Shown here: positions 19,815-28,167 of the stretch, piece after piece
Layout: each line of letters opens with the position of its first letter
Position numbering within the stretch: position 1 is the stretch's first letter
Assembly (NCBI GenBank): GCA_002310035.1
Contig: DBYC01000090.1
Coordinates: 1-44,560, forward strand
Direction of reading: 5' to 3'
DNA: 44,560 nt
Origin: a bacterium UBP6_UBA1196
Lineage (GTDB): Bacteria > UBP6 > UBA1177
Notes under the pieces: generated by a model
Told to the model about the DNA's origin: nothing
What the model saw: only the letters and a program-made list of their open reading frames with translations
Database searches by the model: none
Made by a program: the position numbers and the translations under genes

Positions 19815-21029
19815 ATGATTGACATCAACTGCAAGGCTACAATCGGGATCAACGGATTCGGCAGGATCGGAAAACTTACACTTTGGAACATGCTTCTGAA
19901 GGATGATTTTGACAGAATCGTCATCAACCTCGGGCGTGAAGTCGGCAAATCGCTTACAGATCTTGTCGATTACGCGATTTACGATTCGACTTACGGCACT
20001 CTTCACAATTTCCTTTTCGGTTTTGGCGGCGGAAAAGAGCCTGAAATAGAAATTACTGACGAGGCAAACGGCGAAGTCAGATTCTACGGCAAGAGTGTAA
20101 AATTCCTGAGAAGCGAAAGAAATCCCGAGAAGATTCCGTGGGGTCAGGAAGGTGCGAGAGTCGTAATCGACACGACCGGAAAATTCGTAGACCCGACCGA
20201 TGAGACCTCGCCGAACGGCACTCTCCGCGGCCACATTGCAGGCGGTGCGAGAAAAGTCATTCTTTCGGCTCCCTTCAAACTCAAAGGAAAATCGAAAACC
20301 CTTCCGGAAGACGCAGTCATGATGGTTTACGGCGTCAACCACAGGAATTTTGATCCGATGAATCACCACATAATTTCGGCTGCATCCTGCACGACGACAG
20401 CGCTTGCACACATGATGAAGCCTCTTCTCGATCACGAAGAGACTTCGGCGATACTCACCGCGAGCATGTCGACTATCCACTCGATGACCAATTCGCAGAA
20501 CGTTCTCGACGCTGTTCCCAAAAGCGGAACGAGCGATCTCCGCAAAAACAGAGCTGCGGGCTACAACATCATCCTTTCGACGACAGGCGCGGCAAAGGCT
20601 CTTGAATACATCCTTCCGGTAATGAAAAACATCGGTTTCATGGCTGACTCAGTCCGCGTTCCGGTCCAGACGGTATCACTCATCAACCTCAACCTTACTT
20701 TTCACACGCCGCTTGACAAGGACGGTTTCCCGACGATCACCCGCGAGTTCATAAACAACGTTTACCGCGAAGCTTCGGCCGGCGCTCAGCGCGATCTGCT
20801 CTATCTTTCGGAAAGACAGAACGTTTCGAGCGACCTCAAAGGAAAGATGGCTGCATGCGTAATCGAAGGCAACGACACCCACACAAGGACCGGTTTCGTC
20901 GATATTCCGCCGTTGTCTAACGTTCCTGTCACCCACGCGAAGATTTTCGGCTGGTACGACAACGAACTCGGCAGCTATGTAAACTGCCTGACGAAACTTG
21001 CAGTCTATATTTCAAAAGCTATTGCATAG
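19815..21029 (+). CDS. gap: Glyceraldehyde-3-phosphate dehydrogenase, long divergent form
   Basis: GINGFGRIG, YDSTYG, ASCTT (catalytic Cys), STTGAAKA and WYDNE. Confidence 0.9.
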   Translation: MIDINCKATIGINGFGRIGKLTLWNMLLKDDFDRIVINLGREVGKSLTDLVDYAIYDSTYGTLHNFLFGFGGGKEPEIEITDEANGEVRFYGKSVKFLRSERNPEKIPWGQEGARVVIDTTGKFVDPTDETSPNGTLRGHIAGGARKVILSAPFKLKGKSKTLPEDAVMMVYGVNHRNFDPMNHHIISAASCTTTALAHMMKPLLDHEETSAILTASMSTIHSMTNSQNVLDAVPKSGTSDLRKNRAAGYNIILSTTGAAKALEYILPVMKNIGFMADSVRVPVQTVSLINLNLTFHTPLDKDGFPTITREFINNVYREASAGAQRDLLYLSERQNVSSDLKGKMAACVIEGNDTHTRTGFVDIPPLSNVPVTHAKIFGWYDNELGSYVNCLTKLAVYISKAIA

Positions 21030-21070
21030 TTTAACACCTATTTTTTCAACTCCTTTTTTCGGAGGTAAAA

Positions 21071-22651
21071 ATGTCCTATATTGAATTTCCGCAGTGGATA
21101 ACCTATCTGCTTTACTCCGTTGCTGCTGCGGCTTGCGTTTATTTTGTCTACATCGTCTACAACTACAAACGCGGACTTAAAACTTCGCCGCGCGAGATCT
21201 GGTTCGTCTCGATTTCGCAGATCATCGAATACACCGCTTATTCGGTCATGCTGATGACGCTCACTTTGTTCCTTTCGAGTGATCTCGGCTTAAGCGATGT
21301 CGCGGCCGGAAACTACATGGGAACATGGAATTTAGCCTATACCCTCCTTATTTTCGGCGTAGGTTCGCTTGTCGACGCAGTCGGGATCAAGAAAGTGCTT
21401 CTTATCGGCACCATACTTGCGATATTTTCGAGATTTTTCCTTTTTCTCACGACAAATTTCTGGGTAGTCACGCTTCTCGGCTTCGTTCCGCAGGCGGTTT
21501 CGGTCGCTTTCATGAGCCCGGTCATTTCGGTCGCACTCAAAAGATATACAAAATCAGATACTTCGGCTCTCGGATTCGCGATGTTCTACACTCTGATGAA
21601 TGTCGGATTCGCGATGGGCGGACTTATTTTTGACGGGATCCGCGAAGTCTACGGCGAATACGGAAACATCGCGATCCCGCTTTTGGGCGAGATCTCGACT
21701 TACCGCTTCATCCTTCTTGTTGCGTTCTTAATCAGTATCCCGACACTGTTTTTTGTAGCAATAATCCGTGACAACATCGACCTCAACGACGACGGCGAGC
21801 TTGTAAAACACATCGAGAACGAAAGGGCGAAAAAAGAAGGAAACATGCTTGTTTCGATCCTCGATTCGATAAAAAATTCGTTTGCCGACGCAGGCAAGAT
21901 CTTCGTGAATGTCGCGAAACAGAAAGCTTTCTGGAAATTCATGGCGCTTCTTGCGATACTTTTGGGTGTCAACTACGTTTTTTATCATTTCCACTACACT
22001 TTCCCGAAATACGGGATCCGCGTGCTTGGCGAAGGGGCGAAGATCGGCAATATTTACGGCGTTCTGAACCCCGTGATCGTAATCTTCTTCGTTCCGACGA
22101 TTGCATGGCTCACAAGAAAGTGGAGCGCATACAAAATGATAACGATAGGTTCTCTGATATCTGCTGCATCGGTATTTTTCGTTGTTCTGCCCGATGAATT
22201 CTATGCTCCGATCGCAGATTCTATTGTCGGAAGGCTCATATGGCAGAAATGGCTCGCTCTTCCAGACGGTTCTTCGCTTTCAACGATTGCGATATGCTTA
22301 GGTCTCTGCTTCTTCGTCGTTCTTTTCACGATAGGTGAGGCTATCTGGTCGCCGCGACTTATGGAATACACCGCTAAAATCGCGCCTAAAGGGCAGGAAG
22401 CAAGCTATCTCAGCCTTTCGCTTCTTCCCAAATTCATTTCGCAGCCTCTCGTTGCGTGGATGTCCGGCGCACTTCTTTCAGCCTACACGCCAGCAACAGA
22501 AATCGTCAACGAAGCCGGTGAAAAGACCTTGCAGGTCGGCGACATCTCGCATCACTACATGATCTGGATCTGGGTCGGCGCAGTCGCTGTCATTTCTCCG
22601 CTCGGAATGATCCTCTTCGGCAGATTTTTAAGAGGAAAGGAAGAGTCATAA
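21071..22651 (+). CDS. MFS transporter (POT/peptide transporter-like)
   Basis: About 12-14 TM segments, GSLVDAVG (MFS motif A-like), FAMFY..MNVG and GEAIWSPR. Confidence 0.8.
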   Translation: MSYIEFPQWITYLLYSVAAAACVYFVYIVYNYKRGLKTSPREIWFVSISQIIEYTAYSVMLMTLTLFLSSDLGLSDVAAGNYMGTWNLAYTLLIFGVGSLVDAVGIKKVLLIGTILAIFSRFFLFLTTNFWVVTLLGFVPQAVSVAFMSPVISVALKRYTKSDTSALGFAMFYTLMNVGFAMGGLIFDGIREVYGEYGNIAIPLLGEISTYRFILLVAFLISIPTLFFVAIIRDNIDLNDDGELVKHIENERAKKEGNMLVSILDSIKNSFADAGKIFVNVAKQKAFWKFMALLAILLGVNYVFYHFHYTFPKYGIRVLGEGAKIGNIYGVLNPVIVIFFVPTIAWLTRKWSAYKMITIGSLISAASVFFVVLPDEFYAPIADSIVGRLIWQKWLALPDGSSLSTIAICLGLCFFVVLFTIGEAIWSPRLMEYTAKIAPKGQEASYLSLSLLPKFISQPLVAWMSGALLSAYTPATEIVNEAGEKTLQVGDISHHYMIWIWVGAVAVISPLGMILFGRFLRGKEES

Positions 22652-22657
22652 ACTCAC

Positions 22658-23434
22658 CTAAACCACAAACGGCACGAGTGCCGAAAGTACGAAAAGGTAT
22701 ATTGCAAAAGGATAAAGTATCGTTTTTTTCATCATAAAAACGAGAAGTTTGAGCGCTGCCAGACTTGCGACAAAGGAAACCACAAAGCCGACAAACGAAG
22801 GAACCGGGTCGATAAATGCGAATCCTCCTTTCACAAGTTCAAGCAGAAGTGCGCCTAAAATCGCGGGTATCGCAAGCATGAACGAGAATTCCACAGCTTC
22901 CGCGGCGGGAATTTTTCTGAAAAGAGCCCCTGTTATCGTCGAGCCTGAGCGCGAAACGCCTGGAAGGACCGCTATTCCCTGGAAAAAGCCGATGAAAAGG
23001 GCGTCTTTAAGGGTGATTTCCTTGTCGGGAACAGCCTTTTTGAAGAAAGACTGCGCTAAAAGCAGCAGGATCGCCGTAAACGCGAACGCGACCGTGAGAT
23101 AAACCGGCTGTGACTTGATGGATTCAAGCATCGGCTTCGTCACGAAAAGCATCGCAGTAGTCACGATCGTCGCCGCGAGGATCATCAGAACATACTTGTG
23201 CGACTTGTTGAATTTGAATGAAGCGCATTCTTTGGCAAGGTTGAAAAGTTTTTTCCGGAAGAAAATAAAGACTGCGAGAAGTGATGCCACATGCAGCAGA
23301 ATGTCATAAAGAAGCGGTACATCCTTGTGTCCGAGCAGTTTTTCCACGAGAACCAGGTGTCCCGACGAGCTTACCGGCAGAAACTCGGTGAGCCCCTGCA
23401 GGATCCCCAGAATAATTGAATCAAAAACCGTCAT
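22658..23434 (-). CDS. uppP: Undecaprenyl-diphosphate phosphatase (BacA)
   Basis: LGILQGLTEFLPVSSSGHL, PGVSRSGSTI and FSFMLAIP. Confidence 0.95.
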   Translation of the reverse strand: MTVFDSIILGILQGLTEFLPVSSSGHLVLVEKLLGHKDVPLLYDILLHVASLLAVFIFFRKKLFNLAKECASFKFNKSHKYVLMILAATIVTTAMLFVTKPMLESIKSQPVYLTVAFAFTAILLLLAQSFFKKAVPDKEITLKDALFIGFFQGIAVLPGVSRSGSTITGALFRKIPAAEAVEFSFMLAIPAILGALLLELVKGGFAFIDPVPSFVGFVVSFVASLAALKLLVFMMKKTILYPFAIYLFVLSALVPFVV

Positions 23435-23607
23435 TTTTCAGCTCCTTGAATAAAAAAACATTTATCTTCGTTCCGTTATATATTCAAGAATCCATTTATG
23501 CAATGTTCTTGCAAAAATTGCCGGAACAAACATGCTCTTTATTAAAATTACCTTGCCGATTTTTGAAAAATCCGTATCATTTGCCGTTTTTTTGATTGGA
23601 GGATCCC

Positions 23608-24009
23608 GTGAAAAAGGAGAAAAAGACACTCACATCGACAAAAGTTATATGCGCAAAGTGCGGGAAAGAGTATTTTGTCTCGTTCGTTGCGGACGGTCAC
23701 CGCGACTACTACTGCGACGATTGCCTGAAAGAGATGCACAAAAGCAGGAAAGAGGGAAAAATCAAAAAGGTTTTCGACCCGAAAAATGAAAAATACATGT
23801 TTGATTTCATCTGCGACATCTGCGGCGAATTCAGGCACGCGTTCTATGCTCCCAAAAGGGAAAACGGAAAAATCTGGTGCAAGGAATGCGAATCAAAGCA
23901 CAAAATCGAAGAGCGGAAAAAATCGAGGAAAAATGTGATCCTCGCCGCTTCAAATCAGGCCGCGAAAGACTCTTTACCATTTAAAAAAGACGAGGAAGAC
24001 GATGAATAG
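23608..24009 (+). CDS. Double zinc-ribbon protein (CxxC-x17-CxxC type)
   Basis: CAKC-x17-CDDC and CDIC-x18-CKEC. GTG start after GGAGG. Confidence 0.75.
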   Translation: MKKEKKTLTSTKVICAKCGKEYFVSFVADGHRDYYCDDCLKEMHKSRKEGKIKKVFDPKNEKYMFDFICDICGEFRHAFYAPKRENGKIWCKECESKHKIEERKKSRKNVILAASNQAAKDSLPFKKDEEDDE

Positions 24010-24565
24010 AAACGAAGCGCTTGAACTTTTGTCTCAGCATCTGCCGAACAAAAATCTCATAAAACACAGCATCGCAGTCGAAGCCGGAATGAGAAAAATG
24101 GCTCAGTTCTTAGGCGAGAAAGACGAGGAAAGATGGGCGATGTCGGGGCTTCTCCACGATCTCGACTACGAAGAAACCAAGGACAACTTTCCGAAACACG
24201 GGCTTCTCACAGGCGAAATCCTGCGAAAACAGGGTTTTGACGACAGCGAGATCCTTGATGCGATAGTCATGCATTCCGGCAATGTTCCTGCAACTACGAA
24301 TATGGGAAAAGCGCTTTACGCAGTCGATCCGACGACCGGTTTCATCACCGCATGCGTTCTGATGTCACCGACGAAAAACATCCATCTTCTCGATATGGGT
24401 TTTGTCATGAAACGCTTCAAGGAAAAGCGTTTCGCAGCAGGCGCAAACCGAGAACAGATCGCGACCGCGACCGAAAATTTTCCCCTTTCGCTCGAAGATT
24501 TCATCACGATAGTTCTCGAAGGAATGAAAGAATATTCCGAAGAACTGGGGCTTGGAAAACTGTAA
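24002..24565 (+). CDS. HD/HDIG-domain metal-dependent hydrolase
   Basis: KHSIAVE, GLLHDLDYE, KHG, H and D motifs; KEKRFAAGANRE. Confidence 0.85.
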   Translation: MNRNEALELLSQHLPNKNLIKHSIAVEAGMRKMAQFLGEKDEERWAMSGLLHDLDYEETKDNFPKHGLLTGEILRKQGFDDSEILDAIVMHSGNVPATTNMGKALYAVDPTTGFITACVLMSPTKNIHLLDMGFVMKRFKEKRFAAGANREQIATATENFPLSLEDFITIVLEGMKEYSEELGLGKL

Positions 24566-24693
24566 ATATTCTTTCCGGCATGCAGTCGGCTCGATTGATG
24601 CAGATTTGGGAAATAAAATTTCATCTAAAACTTGTTTTCTGTTTGTTTATGTGATACGAGAGAACGCTTTAATCGTGATTAGCGGAGTAAAAT

Positions 24694-27681
24694 ATGGCAA
24701 AAACTGCAATAAATCGCAAAAAAGCGGCTAAGGAATTCGCGGAAAAATGGCGGGGCAAAGGCTATGAAAAAGGCGAAAGCCAAATTTTTTGGATTGATTT
24801 ACTCGAGCATGTTTACAATGTCAAAAACATCAGTGATTTCATAATTTTTGAAGACAAAGTCCATCTTGACCATACGAGTTTTATTGATGCCTATATTCCA
24901 TCAACTCACGTTATGATCGAACAGAAAAGTCTCGACAAAGATTTATGCAAGCCGATAAAACAGAGCGACGGCAGTATGCTTACGCCCTTCCAACAGGCAA
25001 AAAGATATGTGACAGAACTTCCGCTTTCACAGCATCCGCGCTGGATAATCACCTGCAACTTCAAGGAGTTTCTGATCTACGATATGGAAAAGCCGCATGA
25101 CGAGCCTGTCCAGGTTCTGCTTGAGGATTTACCTGATAAATTCGAGTGTTTGCAGTTTATGATTGACACTAAAAAAACTTCGGTTTCACCGGAGGAACAG
25201 GTTTCGCTCAAGGCAGGCGAACTTGTCGGAAAACTCTACGACGCGCTAATCAAAGAATATATAAATCCCGATGAAAACAGCTTTAGAAGCCTGAATATTT
25301 TATGTGTCCGCATCGTATTCTGTCTTTATGCCGAAGATGCCGGGCTTTTCGAGACACGGACAAGTTTTGAAGACTATATAAAATCGTTCAATTTACCTGA
25401 TCTTAGACTTGGAATCATCAATCTTTTCAAGGCATTGGACACGAAACCGGAAAATCGTGACAAATACGATACAAAAATCAATTCATTCCCTTATGTCAAC
25501 GGCGGTCTGTTTGCCGACGACACGATTGAAATTCCTAATTTTACTAAAGAAATTGTAGATATTTTAGTAAACAACTGTGCTCCTTTCGACTGGTCGAAAA
25601 TTTCACCTACCATTTTCGGAGCAGTTTTTGAATCAACGCTTAACCCCGAAACGCGGCGCAAAGGCGGAATGCACTATACGAGCATTGCAAACATCCACAA
25701 AGTGATCGATCCGCTGTTTCTGGATGATTTGCGTGCGGAATTTTCCCAAATTGTAGAGCCGTCACCTGAGACGGCTCATAAAACAAAAAGCACGATTCCC
25801 AAAAAAGAGACGTATCAGGTCACGTCTTTACGGAAACGTCGTGAATTGGAGCAGTTTCGCAATAAAATCGCGAATTTAAAATTTCTCGATCCGGCCTGCG
25901 GAAGCGGCAATTTTTTAACTGAGACCTATATTTCGCTGCGCCGCCTTGAAAACGAGATCCTTAAAAAGATTCACGGAAAACAGCAGCTTTTAGGAAGTGA
26001 TTTTTCGCCTATAAAAGTCAAAATTTCTCAATTTTACGGCATAGAAATCAATGATTTTGCAGTAACAGTCGCAAAAACCGCACTTTGGATCGCCGAATCA
26101 CAAATGATGAAAGAAACCGAGGAAATTGTTGATGAAGACCTCGATTTTCTGCCTCTTTCGACAAGTGCAACGATTGTTGAAGGAAACGCACTTCGCATGG
26201 ATTGGAGATATCTGTGCGAAGAGGAAAAAATTCCCACGATAACGGCAAAAAAAACTAATCTCATTTATCCTTTTGCAGTGCATGAAGCTGAAGTCAAATA
26301 CGAAGCGATAAACCTTATCACTGACGAAATAAATATCGGAAAATCGCAACAAAAAAAGATTGAAAATCATTACGATTACATCATGGGAAATCCGCCATTT
26401 GTAGGTGCAAGTATGATGACAGCACAACAAAAAAAGGATGCAACAGATATCTTTGGAAAAATTCATCTTTCGAACAGCATTGATTATGTAGGCGCATGGT
26501 ATCACAAAGCAACAGAAATTATAATCGGCACAAGCACAAAAGCGGCATTTGTTTCCACTAACTCTATAACGCAGGGCGAACAGGTTTTTCCGCTTTGGAA
26601 TAAACTTTTAAAAAAAGGTATCAAGATTGATTTTGCGTGGCAAACATTCCGCTGGGATTCGGAATCGACCCGAAAAGCACAGGTCCACTGCGTGATAATT
26701 GGGTTTTCAGACCTCACCCCAACCCCTATCCATAATTGCGAGGGGCTGAAAAAACGGATTTTCATTTCCGACGGCAAAGTAATCGAAGCAAAAAACATCA
26801 ATCCTTATTTGATTGATGCTCCGGATGTGTTGATTGAAAGCCAGGCTAAGCCGCTTTGCGATCTTCCAATGATGACCATGGGCAACAAGCCATCCGATAA
26901 TGGAAATTTTATTTTTTCAGAAGAAGAAAGAGACAAATTTGTTAAAAATTTTCCTGAAGATGCCCGCTTTCTTCGCCGTTATGTCGGGGCAAAGGATTTT
27001 TTGAACAATAACGAGATTCGCTATTGTCTGTGGCTGAAAAATGTTGCTCCGTCAGAATATATTCATAACAAGGAAATTATGCGCCGTCTTGATGCAATCA
27101 AGGCTTTCCGGGAAAAAAGTACTGCCGAGCCTACGAGGAAATCGGCCGTGACACCGTGGAAATTTTTCTCAACTCCGCAGACTGAGACGAATTATCTGAT
27201 TGTTCCGCGTGTTTCATCAGAACGCAGAAAATATATTCCTATCGGATTTATGACACCCGATTTTATTGCCTCGGATTCGTGTTCAATCGTTCTTGATGCG
27301 ACTTTGTTTATGTTCGGAGTACTGACATCCTCGGTTCACAATGCGTGGATGCGGCTTGTCGGCGGTCGTTTGAAAAGTGATTACCGCTATTCCGGTGCTA
27401 TGGTTTATAATACATTCCCGTGGTGCAGCCCTGCAGATGCTCAGAAAGCAAAAATTGAGCAGACAGCGCAGGCGATTCTCGATGCCCGCTCAAAATATCC
27501 CGAAGTGACTTTGGCAGAACTTTACGGTGAGCACATGTATCTTTTTCCAGAACTTGTAAAAGCCCACAAAGAAAACGACAAGGCCGTTATAGCGGCTTAC
27601 GGTTTTGATCCGAAAATGAGTGAAGCAGAGATTGTTGCCGCACTTTTCAAGATGTATGAAAAGCTGACGAAAAAAAAGTGA
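24694..27681 (+). CDS. MmeI-family type IIL fused endonuclease-m6A methyltransferase-specificity protein
   Basis: PD-ExK-type site FIDAY...MIEQKS, GMHYTS, motif I LDPACGSGNF, motif IV GNPPF, STNSITQGEQV, VSSERRKYIPIGF and GRLKSDYRYS. Confidence 0.93.
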   Translation: MAKTAINRKKAAKEFAEKWRGKGYEKGESQIFWIDLLEHVYNVKNISDFIIFEDKVHLDHTSFIDAYIPSTHVMIEQKSLDKDLCKPIKQSDGSMLTPFQQAKRYVTELPLSQHPRWIITCNFKEFLIYDMEKPHDEPVQVLLEDLPDKFECLQFMIDTKKTSVSPEEQVSLKAGELVGKLYDALIKEYINPDENSFRSLNILCVRIVFCLYAEDAGLFETRTSFEDYIKSFNLPDLRLGIINLFKALDTKPENRDKYDTKINSFPYVNGGLFADDTIEIPNFTKEIVDILVNNCAPFDWSKISPTIFGAVFESTLNPETRRKGGMHYTSIANIHKVIDPLFLDDLRAEFSQIVEPSPETAHKTKSTIPKKETYQVTSLRKRRELEQFRNKIANLKFLDPACGSGNFLTETYISLRRLENEILKKIHGKQQLLGSDFSPIKVKISQFYGIEINDFAVTVAKTALWIAESQMMKETEEIVDEDLDFLPLSTSATIVEGNALRMDWRYLCEEEKIPTITAKKTNLIYPFAVHEAEVKYEAINLITDEINIGKSQQKKIENHYDYIMGNPPFVGASMMTAQQKKDATDIFGKIHLSNSIDYVGAWYHKATEIIIGTSTKAAFVSTNSITQGEQVFPLWNKLLKKGIKIDFAWQTFRWDSESTRKAQVHCVIIGFSDLTPTPIHNCEGLKKRIFISDGKVIEAKNINPYLIDAPDVLIESQAKPLCDLPMMTMGNKPSDNGNFIFSEEERDKFVKNFPEDARFLRRYVGAKDFLNNNEIRYCLWLKNVAPSEYIHNKEIMRRLDAIKAFREKSTAEPTRKSAVTPWKFFSTPQTETNYLIVPRVSSERRKYIPIGFMTPDFIASDSCSIVLDATLFMFGVLTSSVHNAWMRLVGGRLKSDYRYSGAMVYNTFPWCSPADAQKAKIEQTAQAILDARSKYPEVTLAELYGEHMYLFPELVKAHKENDKAVIAAYGFDPKMSEAEIVAALFKMYEKLTKKK
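25753..25831. repeat. GTAG-type REP doublet (REPIN-like) inside the R-M gene, in frame
   Basis: GTAGAGCCGTCACCTGAGACGGCTCA (25753-25778) and inverted partner GTAAAGACGTGACCTGATACGTCTCT (reverse complement of 25806-25831) match at 20/26 positions. Each is itself a hairpin. Confidence 0.72.
26711..26747 (+). repeat. Degenerate CTCACCCC-CCCCT...AGGGG hairpin repeat inside the R-M gene, in frame
   Basis: ACCTCACCCCAACCCCTATCCATAATTGCGAGGGGCT, translated LTPTPIHNCEGL. Confidence 0.5.
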
Positions 27682-27715
27682 GATTTTTCAAAATTGAAGA
27701 AGACGGGTGGTTGTA

Positions 27716-28156
27716 ATGGACTCAGTCACAAAATTTTTTGATTTCGCGTGCAGACTTCTTGCGAGAAGAGATTATTTCACAGATGAAATCAGGCAGAAAA
27801 TTTTTGACAAGGGCGCAACTTTGGAAGAAGTGACGGAAGTTATAGGAAAGCTAAATAAATTCAAATATCTTGATGATGAAAAAGTTCTCCGGAAATATGT
27901 CGCGGAAATTTCGGCAAAAGGAAAAGGGATCAACTATTTAAAGCAGAAACTTTTTGAAAAAGGGTGTGCATCTCTCATTTCATCAAAAAATTTAGCCGAA
28001 TTCTACCCTTTTGAAGAAGAATGTGCGGCAGCGGAAAAAGCTGTCTTAAAATTGGGAAACTGCGAAAAAGAAAAACTGTTTCAAAAACTCATATCGCGCG
28101 GATTTTCCGCAAGTGCAGCAATAAATGCGCTAAAAACAAGGAATAATTTAAATTAA
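27716..28156 (+). CDS. recX: Regulatory protein RecX
   Basis: LLARRDY..EIRQK, YLDDEK, GKG...LKQKLFEKG and KLISRGFS. Confidence 0.82.
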   Translation: MDSVTKFFDFACRLLARRDYFTDEIRQKIFDKGATLEEVTEVIGKLNKFKYLDDEKVLRKYVAEISAKGKGINYLKQKLFEKGCASLISSKNLAEFYPFEEECAAAEKAVLKLGNCEKEKLFQKLISRGFSASAAINALKTRNNLN

Positions 28157-28167
28157 AAGAGGGAAAA

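Noticed and set aside
19773-20480. 235-aa minus-strand ORF (and similar antisense ORFs at 1321-1953, 6569-7186, 7875-8483, 33659-34249)
   Set aside because: Antisense shadows of well-supported genes.
22670-22683. CGGCAC-GA-GTGCCG palindrome at the MFS/uppP convergence
   Set aside because: Short, inside the uppP coding end, and no U-tract on the plus strand.
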